Assembly (NCBI GenBank): GCA_031411295.1
Contig: JANOAV010000136.1
Span: 1 to 13,496, forward strand
Length of the DNA: 13,496 nucleotides
Direction: 5' to 3'
Source of the DNA: Verrucomicrobiales bacterium
GTDB taxonomy: Bacteria > Verrucomicrobiota > Verrucomicrobiia > Verrucomicrobiales > V1-33
Shown: positions 1 through 7,462 of the stretch, in pieces
Layout: each line of letters opens with the position of its first letter
How positions within the stretch are numbered: the first letter of the stretch is position 1
Position numbers and translations under genes: made by a program
Notes under the pieces: generated by a model
The model's database searches: none
Seen by the model: the letters and a program-made list of their open reading frames with translations, nothing else
Told to the model about the DNA's origin: nothing

Positions 1-59
1 GGAGCAGTCCGCTGGACTGCTCGGATGACCCCGGTGAGCAGTCCAGCAGACTGCTCCAC
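1..59. repeat. Inverted REP-like doublet (REPIN/BIME-like), may double as the serpin terminator
   Basis: Hairpin GAGCAGTCC-GCT-GGACTGCTC (2-22) and GAGCAGTC-CAGCA-GACTGCTC (36-56). 36-57 is the reverse complement of 1-22 with one mismatch. The minus-strand copy starts with a GTGG foot (59-56). The first unit is cut by the window edge. Confidence 0.75.
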
Positions 60-76
60 ACTCCAAACCCTCTGAG

Positions 77-1330
77 TCACTTGGCCGCTTTCATCGCTGA
101 ACTGGCAGGAACGGCTTTTTCTGCAGGTGCTGGGTCGGCCAGACGACCGAGGAACAGGCAGGCACCAGACGGAATGTGCTGAATCATAAAGGCGAAGGGG
201 TGATCCGCTTTGACCACCTGATGAGGGATCGCGTGAGGCACACCATTTGCAGCGCGCATCACAGAAGCCGTGGCGGCCGCGGCTTTGGTGCCATCCTCAT
301 CAAGTTCAATAAAGGTGCGATGGAAGACGTCTGAGACATAAAGCGGTTCCTTGGTCTCGTCCGCCATACGAGCAAAGCCAGGGGACTGTTCATCAAACAT
401 GATGCCTGCGCCAAGCGCGGTGAGCGATTGGCGCAGACTGATGATCGGTGGCTCCATCTTAAGTCGTGGAAGTGACAGTCGCACTTCCTCCAGATTGAGG
501 CGGGCGCACTCATTTAGCAGCTCACCAGTCAACAACGTTTCAACTTTAGCCAGCCCATCGACTGCATCCGGCAGGATTACGACGAACTGAAAAGTCCCGC
601 CGGCATAAGGCAGTGCCACTATCTGAAAACCATCCTTCTTGGCGTGGCGCAACCGATGCTGCTTGAACATCAAGGGCACTGTTTTGACGTGCGTTGCATC
701 GAGATGAAAGGGTTGATCGGTCGTCAACTCCTTCGTGAAGCGCTCGTCCCATGGCACATCGAAGTAAACTGCGTTCACCAGCACCAGTCGGGTGAATTTA
801 TCCAACGCTCCCGTGGGGATGATGCCTGTAATCTTGCGATTCGTCTGCTCGCTGACCCATTCATTGATCTGGTCCCTTGCCCCTTCGCGATTATTGCGAA
901 AGTCAACAGTGCCAGCCTCAGCTGCGTAGTTCGTGCGCGTGAGGGTGCTCCATCCCGGGAGGAACTCCACCGAGCGATCAGAAAAAATGCGATTGGCCAT
1001 GCGCACATCAAACGGGATGCCATCCCCCGGTTTGGTCAGGATGGCTTCGCGAAGACTGCGAAAGCTGTTGTGCAACGCGGCCTCGTTCTCGGGGAAGAAA
1101 CACGCCTTGCGCATGGCGTCGAGTGTCTTTCCGCTGGCTCCAGCAAAGGTCATCGCCAGTGCTGTCTCAATCGACCACGGGGATGTGAGCATGTTACCAC
1201 CAGGTGAGAGGCGATAATGGGCCACAGCGAAGGCATTGACAGAGCTGGCCGCAGTCGTCCTCGCGTCTGATGCTTCAGCCCATTCGAGACTAGCAAACAA
1301 AGCGCAACAGATGAGAGTTAGGATTTTCAT
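77..1330 (-). CDS. Secreted serpin (serine protease inhibitor)
   Basis: Signal peptide; serpin motifs SPWSI..ALAM, INEWVSEQT, LVLVNAVYF..W, hinge EDGTKAAAAT, ADHPFAFMI....GACLFLGRL. Confidence 0.95.
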   Translation of the reverse strand: MKILTLICCALFASLEWAEASDARTTAASSVNAFAVAHYRLSPGGNMLTSPWSIETALAMTFAGASGKTLDAMRKACFFPENEAALHNSFRSLREAILTKPGDGIPFDVRMANRIFSDRSVEFLPGWSTLTRTNYAAEAGTVDFRNNREGARDQINEWVSEQTNRKITGIIPTGALDKFTRLVLVNAVYFDVPWDERFTKELTTDQPFHLDATHVKTVPLMFKQHRLRHAKKDGFQIVALPYAGGTFQFVVILPDAVDGLAKVETLLTGELLNECARLNLEEVRLSLPRLKMEPPIISLRQSLTALGAGIMFDEQSPGFARMADETKEPLYVSDVFHRTFIELDEDGTKAAAATASVMRAANGVPHAIPHQVVKADHPFAFMIQHIPSGACLFLGRLADPAPAEKAVPASSAMKAAK

Positions 1331-1502
1331 GATCTAAGGCTAAAACCGACCTCGGCAGATAACTGATACCAGCACGACAGCAACGCAACCTGAATCGGCA
1401 TATTTAATTCATCAATCTGACGATTATTTATAAGCTTATTAAGACTAGCCCGTCTTGCCTTCATGCGTGGAGGAAATCACAAGCTGAAGCCCAGCACGGT
1501 AG

Positions 1503-2054
1503 CTAAATTTGCTTCTTGCTTGGCGTCGCTGGCGCTGAGCCCGGCGGAAGCCACAAGTGATCCGATATTTTCTTTGCCTCGGCTCTCCAAAATTCCGGCG
1601 TGTGATTTCCCCACCCGCCATTGGGAACGAAGAGACGTTTGCGGTCTGCGGGATCGACATACCAGACGCCATGGTAATACTCATATTTGCCCACCGAGCT
1701 GTAGCCTTTGGGCGCATAAGTGGCTGGGGCGGAACTGGTCTTTTCCCAGAGCCCGGCTTGGTTCCATTCATGCTCTGGATAGCTTTTTCTTTGCAGGATC
1801 TCCTTGCTTGAGTCAGCCTCCTGCTTTCGATCCCGCATCCGTGAAAGCCCCCTTTCAATCAACCCGGGAGAATAGAATATACTTCCTACAATCGGGCCCA
1901 CGATCTTTCCCGGCCCTGGCGCGAAATCCGGCATGGGCGCAGTAGAGCAGTTGGGGAAAATCGCTAGCAGTCCGATATTAACAATCCCTACAGCAAGCAC
2001 AACGTGCCAACGCAGTGTCGGAACTTCAACTAACTTGGTAGTTTTAGATTTCAT
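1503..2054 (-). CDS. Hypothetical exported or membrane-anchored protein (183 aa)
   Basis: Basic N-terminus, hydrophobic stretch, then Cys (possible lipoprotein); Trp/Tyr/Gly-rich C-terminal part; co-oriented with neighbours; family not recognised. Confidence 0.65.
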   Translation of the reverse strand: MKSKTTKLVEVPTLRWHVVLAVGIVNIGLLAIFPNCSTAPMPDFAPGPGKIVGPIVGSIFYSPGLIERGLSRMRDRKQEADSSKEILQRKSYPEHEWNQAGLWEKTSSAPATYAPKGYSSVGKYEYYHGVWYVDPADRKRLFVPNGGWGNHTPEFWRAEAKKISDHLWLPPGSAPATPSKKQI

Positions 2055-2102
2055 GGAAGCCGGGGTTACGGATCGAATTGATCCTTGGACACAACACCGT
2101 TA

Positions 2103-2136
2103 AAAATCGCTTAAATTAAGTAATTTGTCAAATTAC
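2103..2136 (-). promoter_or_regulatory. Putative promoter with a palindrome over the -35 box
   Basis: Minus strand TTGACA (2131-2126), 17 nt, weak -10 GATTTT; palindrome GTAATTTG-T-CAAATTAC at 2120-2136. Confidence 0.4.
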
Positions 2137-2447
2137 CGTTTGGGGTTGGCGAGCGTTTGGGGGGCGGCTAGAGCGATGGCTCCAATCACTAGCACTGGGA
2201 CTCCGTTTTCGGCCAAAAGTGCAGCCACCCGCTCAGCCGTGGCCAAGAGATCATTTGGTGGAGGCATGGGGGGGGCTTCAGGTGGACGTTCAGAGGGCAA
2301 CCATGCATGCAGTCCGCGCAGGGAGAGGGCCAGTTGCACCCGTTCGTAGATACTCATGTTTTTAACACGTTCGATTTCCGCCTGCAGCGCACGCGCGGCA
2401 CTGGCGCTACGTCGAGGTTTTGGAAAGGCTCGCATTCTCTGTTTCAT
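2133..2447 (-). pseudogene. Remnant of a small gene plus a truncated nucleotidyltransferase-like gene, fused across a G8 tract
   Basis: From ATG 2267 it reads MPPPNDLLATAERVAALLAENGVPVLVIGAIALAA, the typical start of minimal/AbiEii-like NTases, but stops before the expected H..R.T.D.D catalytic motif. The upstream ~60 aa would end at TGA 2253-2251 if the G8 tract (2268-2275) were G9. Confidence 0.55.
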
Positions 2448-2498
2448 GGTTGGTAAACTAGTTTCCAGAGCGATGGCCGCAAGGAGAATTGATGCTAT

Positions 2499-2551
2499 TT
2501 AGAGTTCCAGAATCGCATCGATCCGCTTGGGAGAGTCCGTCTGCGCGGTTC
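2499..2551 (-). repeat. Diverged copy of the hrpA 3' end (att-like direct repeat)
   Basis: 45/53 nt identical to 8680-8732; encodes TAQTDSPKRIDAILEL* versus hrpA TAQTVSPKRIDAILEL*. Confidence 0.93.
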
Positions 2552-3638
2552 AGGACCTCAGATCTCTCAGAGCCGTGATCGCGCCCCACCCTGGTCCACG
2601 TAGCTTTCGTCCACCGTCGATTCTTCCGATTGGGAAATGAGCCTTCTTCATGCCGAAAATCCGATCCACAAATTCCTTCGTCCCCAGCACGCCGCCACGC
2701 GAAAAATACCGCACCCGATCCCGCAACGCTACTGCCCAAGAAAGTCCACCACCCGCCGCCTTTACAGCCTCCCCTGCGGCCTCGGAAATGACGCCCTGCA
2801 CCCTGCCGTGCTTTACTTTCGTCACCTGCCCCACCGCATATAAAATCAACCGATACGGCGCCTGCACCGCCTTCCAGCTTGCCGTCGCCTGTTGGCTAAA
2901 TTTCCACGCCAGTTCATCTTTTGTTTGCCGTCCCGATGCTTCTTCCCATGCCGCACGGGCCAAGCCAGTCCTAGCCTTTGCCAGGCCACCCACCGCTTCC
3001 CCATAGCCACTCCACCGATAATCCTTCGGATCACTAACCAGCTTGGCGCGCACGGGATTCAAGTCCACATAAGCGCACGTCGCCAACAACGCCTCGCCTT
3101 CACCCTCCACGATCACACTAGTAAAACGCTCTGCCCAGAGCGTCCCAAACGTCTTGTAAAACGCATTATACCACCGGGCGAACCGTTGTTTCAACAACCG
3201 CATGAACCACGAAAGATCATGCATCAGCGGGACATATTTCATCCGAAACGCCTGCCAAATGTCCTCCGTCGCTCCAGTTAGATTCCGCTCCGCCTCCTGC
3301 ATCGCAGACCTCCCATACAGCACCCCATACCGCCGCAGCACCTCCGTATTGGAAACCAACGCATCAGCCCCAGCCACCGCAGGAATCCCCGCCGCACCAT
3401 CGATGCCAGGCGCCGCCTCAATCGATTCCTTAACCGGCACGCGCACGACAATGTGAACATGATTACTCATGACCGCATAAGTCAGCACCTCCACTCCGCA
3501 AAAATCCGCCATCTGCCAAATCATCTTCCTCATCCGATCCTTCTCCAGATCCCCAAACAGAAACTCCCCACGGCTCGTGCGAGTGATTGCATGATAAACC
3601 GTGGGCTCCGAAGTGACTGTGAGACGCGCTTGTGCCAT
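2550..3638 (-). CDS. rayT: RAYT-like HUH Y1 transposase (IS200/IS605 TnpA superfamily, long form)
   Basis: N-terminal YHAITR; HUH motif YAVMSNHVHIVV; GTLWAERFTS; catalytic Tyr motif AYVDLNPVRAKLV..PKDYRWSGY typical of RAYTs; no tnpB. Confidence 0.9.
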   Translation of the reverse strand: MAQARLTVTSEPTVYHAITRTSRGEFLFGDLEKDRMRKMIWQMADFCGVEVLTYAVMSNHVHIVVRVPVKESIEAAPGIDGAAGIPAVAGADALVSNTEVLRRYGVLYGRSAMQEAERNLTGATEDIWQAFRMKYVPLMHDLSWFMRLLKQRFARWYNAFYKTFGTLWAERFTSVIVEGEGEALLATCAYVDLNPVRAKLVSDPKDYRWSGYGEAVGGLAKARTGLARAAWEEASGRQTKDELAWKFSQQATASWKAVQAPYRLILYAVGQVTKVKHGRVQGVISEAAGEAVKAAGGGLSWAVALRDRVRYFSRGGVLGTKEFVDRIFGMKKAHFPIGRIDGGRKLRGPGWGAITALRDLRS

Positions 3639-3644
3639 GGGGCG

Positions 3645-3673
3645 AGTTTGGGGCCAGTAATCTAGCTAGTCAA
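3645..3673 (-). promoter_or_regulatory. Putative sigma70 promoter of the RAYT gene (leaderless geometry)
   Basis: TTGACT-17 nt-CAAACT, then 6 nt to ATG 3638. Confidence 0.45.
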
Positions 3674-3799
3674 GAAAAATGTTCTCCGTCTTTTAGTTTG
3701 CACAAACTTTGAATGTCAGTAACGATCGCTGAGTCCTCTGAAATCGCGCTGACACCCGCTTTGGGATTAAATTTAATAAAAAATGTTCACCCCCGACAG

Positions 3800-4348
3800 A
3801 TGGATCGTGACGAGGACTCCGCTTTTCAGGTAACAAATGAACTCATCGTGGCAGCAACCCCTTCAACTATCGACCCCTGGCAACGCTGGATCGCAGAGCG
3901 CGCAGAAGTTTTCCTGCTCTATGCGCGGCAGCAAACCCGGTCGGAGGAGGACGCCCATGATGTCCTCCAGGAAGCCCTCACGGAGACTTGGCGACGTGCC
4001 CAGGGCGAGATTCCAGAACAAGCCCTGGTCTTCGCTACCATCCGACGACGCGCCATCGATGCGGGCCGTGCCGCAGGCAGTCGCGCGCGACGCGAAGCAG
4101 CCCATGCGAGCCTTGCCGAAGCGTGGTTTCAGCCGGATCCCAGCGCGGGCGACACCCATCGCGCGGTGGGCGAAGCGCTGGGTCAACTTCCGGAACATTT
4201 GCGGGAATGCATCACCCTTAAACTCTGGGGCGATCTCACCTTTCCCCAGATCGCTGAGATCACCAGCGTTCCCATTGCCACCGCTACTTCACGTTATCGC
4301 TACGCCATCGAACGTCTGCGGGAAACCCTTACCCCCATGTTCTCATGA
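3800..4348 (+). CDS. ECF RNA polymerase sigma factor
   Basis: Region 2 LYARQQTRSEEDAHDVLQEAL; region 4 LPEHLRECITLKLWGDLTFPQIAEITSVPIATATSRYRYAIERLR. Start uncertain (3713, 3800 or GTG 3848). Confidence 0.92.
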   Translation: MDRDEDSAFQVTNELIVAATPSTIDPWQRWIAERAEVFLLYARQQTRSEEDAHDVLQEALTETWRRAQGEIPEQALVFATIRRRAIDAGRAAGSRARREAAHASLAEAWFQPDPSAGDTHRAVGEALGQLPEHLRECITLKLWGDLTFPQIAEITSVPIATATSRYRYAIERLRETLTPMFS

Positions 4349-4752
4349 ACGACTTTGAATCCCAACTCCGCGCCCTGAAGCCCCAAGTATTGCCCCCAGC
4401 GCTGCAACAGCGTTTGGCCGTGCCACCAGCCAGTGCACCGCCAAACCTCATTCGGTTCCGCTGGCTGGCTTGGGCTGGTGCCGCAGCCGCCCTGATCCTC
4501 GCGCTAGCCCATGCCTTCCGCCCCGCCGCAACGATCCCTCCAGCCGTTACAGTATCTGCTACCTCCCGGGAAAGCACCGTTACTTCCGTCATCCCCGTTT
4601 CGGTCCTGACCGATGCCGCGAATCGTCGCTGGCGGCTCGTAGAAGTAAACTGGGTCGAGGAGGACACTGTTGTTTCCAGCAGTCGCCCCATCGCCCTGCA
4701 GCTGCAGCAAGACCATCGCGCCATCATCCCGGTGGCCATCCAATATGACTAA
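4345..4752 (+). CDS. Putative single-pass anti-sigma factor
   Basis: ATGA overlap with the sigma gene; short cytoplasmic N-terminus (FESQLRALKP), TM WLAWAGAAAALILALAHAF, beta-rich extracytoplasmic C-terminus. Confidence 0.75.
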   Translation: MNDFESQLRALKPQVLPPALQQRLAVPPASAPPNLIRFRWLAWAGAAAALILALAHAFRPAATIPPAVTVSATSRESTVTSVIPVSVLTDAANRRWRLVEVNWVEEDTVVSSSRPIALQLQQDHRAIIPVAIQYD

Positions 4753-4791
4753 AATTTTCCCATCACCCAAACTAAACCCACATCCAACACC

Positions 4792-5280
4792 ATGAAATAC
4801 AACCACCTCCACTACTCTCTACTGGCGGCAAGCCTGTGCAGTTTCCTCCCGCAGTCTGGCCGAGCCGAGCCGCCCGCCATAAAAATCGAAGTAAGTTCGG
4901 AAGCGAACAATCCGTTTGAGACCAATGACGCCCTGCCGGCTCAAAAAGAGAGCACTTCCTCCTCCAAGAACGCCAAGAGCGATCAGCGTGCCGAGCAAAA
5001 GTCCGTCTCCAGCAGCAGTTCCAGTTCCTCTCAGACTTCCAGCTCCACCACCTCCGTGAATGGCAAGACGGTTACCACCACGCGGACGACCGGGCCCGAT
5101 GGCAAAGAAAAGATTACCGTCACCACCCAGGGACGCAGTGGCAAACCCAAAGTCGAATCGTTCACGCCCGAGGAGTATGAACAAAAATTCGGCCCTAAAA
5201 AGAAGGCCCCACCGGCTGAAAAATCCGCCGCCGCCCCCTCCCCTGCTGAAAAAAGCAACTCCCAACGCGCCACCGAATGA
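4792..5280 (+). CDS. Secreted Ser/Thr-rich hypothetical protein
   Basis: Signal peptide, poly-Ser tract, NG/DG-turn beta-hairpin pattern; ATGA overlap with the next gene. Confidence 0.8.
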   Translation: MKYNHLHYSLLAASLCSFLPQSGRAEPPAIKIEVSSEANNPFETNDALPAQKESTSSSKNAKSDQRAEQKSVSSSSSSSSQTSSSTTSVNGKTVTTTRTTGPDGKEKITVTTQGRSGKPKVESFTPEEYEQKFGPKKKAPPAEKSAAAPSPAEKSNSQRATE

Positions 5281-6137
5281 ACTCTCACACTTCATCATTG
5301 ATCGTCTGCAGCCTCCTTTTCCCCATCTCCAGTTTCGCGCAGAGCGTGGACCTGGGCGGCGGATCCAAGTTGGAAGTGAAAAATGGAGCCATCAAGATTG
5401 AGACCAAATCCACCGGCACCGGCAACCAATCCAGCAGTAGCAGCAGCAGCTCCCACACCGATGCGGACGGCAATACCATCACCAATATTACCACTGAGGT
5501 AAATGGAGTCCGTGAAACCCGCAGGGTAACCGTTTCCCGGGACGGTAAAGTAAACGTGGAGAATATACCCAACGACGAGCCACCGGCCAAGGCCGCAGGC
5601 TCCGCTAAAGCAGGAACCAGCCCTGCGCCCCCTGCCAGCGGCGGCTGGTTGGGAGTCCACACCACACCACTCCCCGAAACCGTTCGTGCTCAAATCGACA
5701 TTCCAGAAGGCGAAGGCATTCTAATAGAATTCCTAGCCACCGACAGCCCCGCCGCCCAAGCTGGCTTGGCTGAAAATGATGTGCTGCTGAAACTCAACGA
5801 CACTGCGATCACGAGCGTGGAACAATTCCGCAATCAACTGGGCCAACTCCCCGCCGGAAGCAATCTAACGTTGAATTATCAGCGCAAAGGCAAAGCCCTC
5901 AGCACAAAAGTCACGCTGGGAGAAAAACCCAACGCCCCGGAAAAGGACCCTGCTCCCAACGGAACCAAACCCGGTAAACGCCTGCGCTTAATGAATGCCA
6001 ACGGAAAAATTGATACCGTCGAAGGCGAGAACGATCCATTCGAGCAAATGCTGAACAATCCAGATATCCCAGCGGAAATGAAAGCTCAAATCCGCCACGC
6101 GCAGGAACAGATGAAGCAACTGCAATCCGGCAAGTAG
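5277..6137 (+). CDS. Secreted PDZ-domain protein without a protease domain
   Basis: Signal peptide (SSFA|Q); HtrA-type PDZ GWLGV...GILIEFLATDSPAAQAGLAENDVLLKLND; no trypsin GNSGG motif. Confidence 0.88.
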   Translation: MNSHTSSLIVCSLLFPISSFAQSVDLGGGSKLEVKNGAIKIETKSTGTGNQSSSSSSSSHTDADGNTITNITTEVNGVRETRRVTVSRDGKVNVENIPNDEPPAKAAGSAKAGTSPAPPASGGWLGVHTTPLPETVRAQIDIPEGEGILIEFLATDSPAAQAGLAENDVLLKLNDTAITSVEQFRNQLGQLPAGSNLTLNYQRKGKALSTKVTLGEKPNAPEKDPAPNGTKPGKRLRLMNANGKIDTVEGENDPFEQMLNNPDIPAEMKAQIRHAQEQMKQLQSGK

Positions 6138-6168
6138 GAGCATCTGGCGCGCAATACATGTGAGCAAC

Positions 6169-6192
6169 GTAGCACAGGCTTGCAGCCTGTGC
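6169..6192 (+). repeat. REP-like element (GTAG foot plus hairpin), possibly terminating the ECF operon
   Basis: GTAG then GCACAGGC-TTGCA-GCCTGTGC, a perfect 8-bp stem, about 30 nt after the PDZ gene stop. Confidence 0.75.
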
Positions 6193-6246
6193 CTGGAGTT
6201 TGGCCCCTAACGTCCGTGTTTCCTAGCAAATTGCGTGAGATTTTCC

Positions 6247-6940
6247 TTAGCTGGCCAAGGCCAAGGCCAATGCCACGGCCGATAAGTCGGGTGTGAATTT
6301 CTCCGACTTCGTGTCTCGGAACTGCTTGGTCGCGAAGTGGTAGTAATGGCTCGGACGCAGCGCTTCGCTCCAATACTCGGATCTGAGCAGCTCTCCGGTG
6401 CTCGGTAAGGTTCGTTCTGTGGTCTCGGGCTTCTTCCTCCATTTCGGTGGCGTTACGGGCTTGATGGCTCCGGCGGTCTCGTCTTCGGCGTGCAGGGCGG
6501 CCAGCCATAGGTGGCTGTAGGCGGCTACGGTGCTGGCGGGCAGTAGTTGGTTGGCTGCGGCTCCGCGCACTGGGATCGCGCCTCCAGCTTACGCCGTGGA
6601 TCTTGGGTCCAGTCTTGCGCGCCAGAGTATCATCCAGCAGCACGACTAAGGATCTACCTTGGGGGAGGCGCTCCTCGGTGGCTGCAATCACGGGGCAAAG
6701 AGTTGCTCCTGCACGACGCGGCTTTTTGAGTAGAGCCGATAGTCTGCACTCCAATCCTGATGCTGTCCGCCGCTGGTGCAAATGACGTTGCTGAGTGTGA
6801 GACGATCCGGGCAGAGCAGTGAGGCCAAGAGATGACGTGTCAGGCGCTGAGCGCAAACGAGACTCTGAGTGGCTTCCTAGGCGCAAGCGTTTAAGCAGAG
6901 TTGGAGTCTGGCTTTGAGGCTGCGCGGGGCGTTTTTTTTT
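6247..6940 (-). pseudogene. DDE transposase pseudogene (IS701-like)
   Basis: Fragments LLCPDRLTLSNVICTSGGQHQDWSADYRLYS, LVVLLDDTLARKTGPKIHGVSWRRDP and C-terminal PASTVAAYSHLWLAAL..PPKWR, separated by frame changes. In-frame TAG at 6879-6877, frameshift near 6690-6696, large deletion near 6571. Confidence 0.85.
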
Positions 6941-7127
6941 GAACCGCCACCGGATCTGGTGGCGGTGAGCTGCGAGCGAGGATGAGATGAGCCTTGTCGG
7001 AGATGATCCACTCCACGGTCTCACCCTTCTCGAATTCCATGGCTTGGGCCACAGCGGAGGGGAAATTGATATACCACTGCTCGGAAGCAGGGCGCTTGAT
7101 GAGTTGAACTTTGGTCGGGAATCCCAT
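6891..7127 (-). CDS. IS orfA, AbrB/SpoVT-like DNA-binding protein
   Basis: TKVQLIKR....WYINFPSAVAQAMEFEKGETVEW fits the swapped-hairpin pattern; has an A9 tract near its end; preceded by TGGACA-18 nt-TAGAGT. Confidence 0.75.
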   Translation of the reverse strand: MGFPTKVQLIKRPASEQWYINFPSAVAQAMEFEKGETVEWIISDKAHLILARSSPPPDPVAVQKKTPRAASKPDSNSA

Positions 7128-7409
7128 GAGCACACTCTAGTCATATAACTAGCGTTTTGTCCAGCATTATATCGGGGAAAATCCAAAAATCTGTCACTGG
7201 TTAGAGATTTTCTCTAGTTAGGGGCCAAACTCCAGAGAACTGTGCTTACGAACAGTTTGCTATGTTAGCAACTAGGATCCCACTGCCTGTGGTGGGACGG
7301 CTTCGCCCTCAGGGATTGGCCACAAAGAACTCACAATGCACAGAGAGGAGTTAAGAGTTAAGACGAGGCCTCCTAGGACTTTTTTGGGGGGGGCACTTGT
7401 CCCACAGAC

Positions 7410-7438
7410 TTGACACTTTTGAGGACATTTAGTAGAAT
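7410..7438 (+). promoter_or_regulatory. Near-consensus sigma70 promoter of the parDE-like operon
   Basis: TTGACA-17 nt-TAGAAT, 24 nt before ATG 7463. Confidence 0.8.
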
Positions 7439-7462
7439 GAACCACATTAGAAAATTTTTACT

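Larger units (their letters stand above)
6193..7235 (-). mobile_element. Internally deleted IS701-like insertion sequence (1043 bp)
   Basis: Perfect 19-bp terminal inverted repeats CTGGAGTTTGGCCCCTAAC (6193-6211 and 7217-7235) enclosing a small ORF and DDE transposase fragments. Family assignment is from motif recognition. Confidence 0.88.

Noticed and set aside
2133..2165. APQTLANPKR* as a third hrpA-tail copy (compare TAQTVSPKR)
   Set aside because: Needs a gap, DNA identity is low, and a local CCCCAAACG repeat explains it.
3713..3799. N-terminal extension of the ECF sigma factor
   Set aside because: AT-rich with a palindrome (ATTAAATTTAAT, 3766-3777); looks like promoter DNA rather than sigma sequence.
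6086..7186. 366-aa ORF as an intact transposase
   Set aside because: Only the VIAATEER...WRRDP segment is transposase-like; the other transposase parts lie in other frames, and the ORF runs past the TIR.
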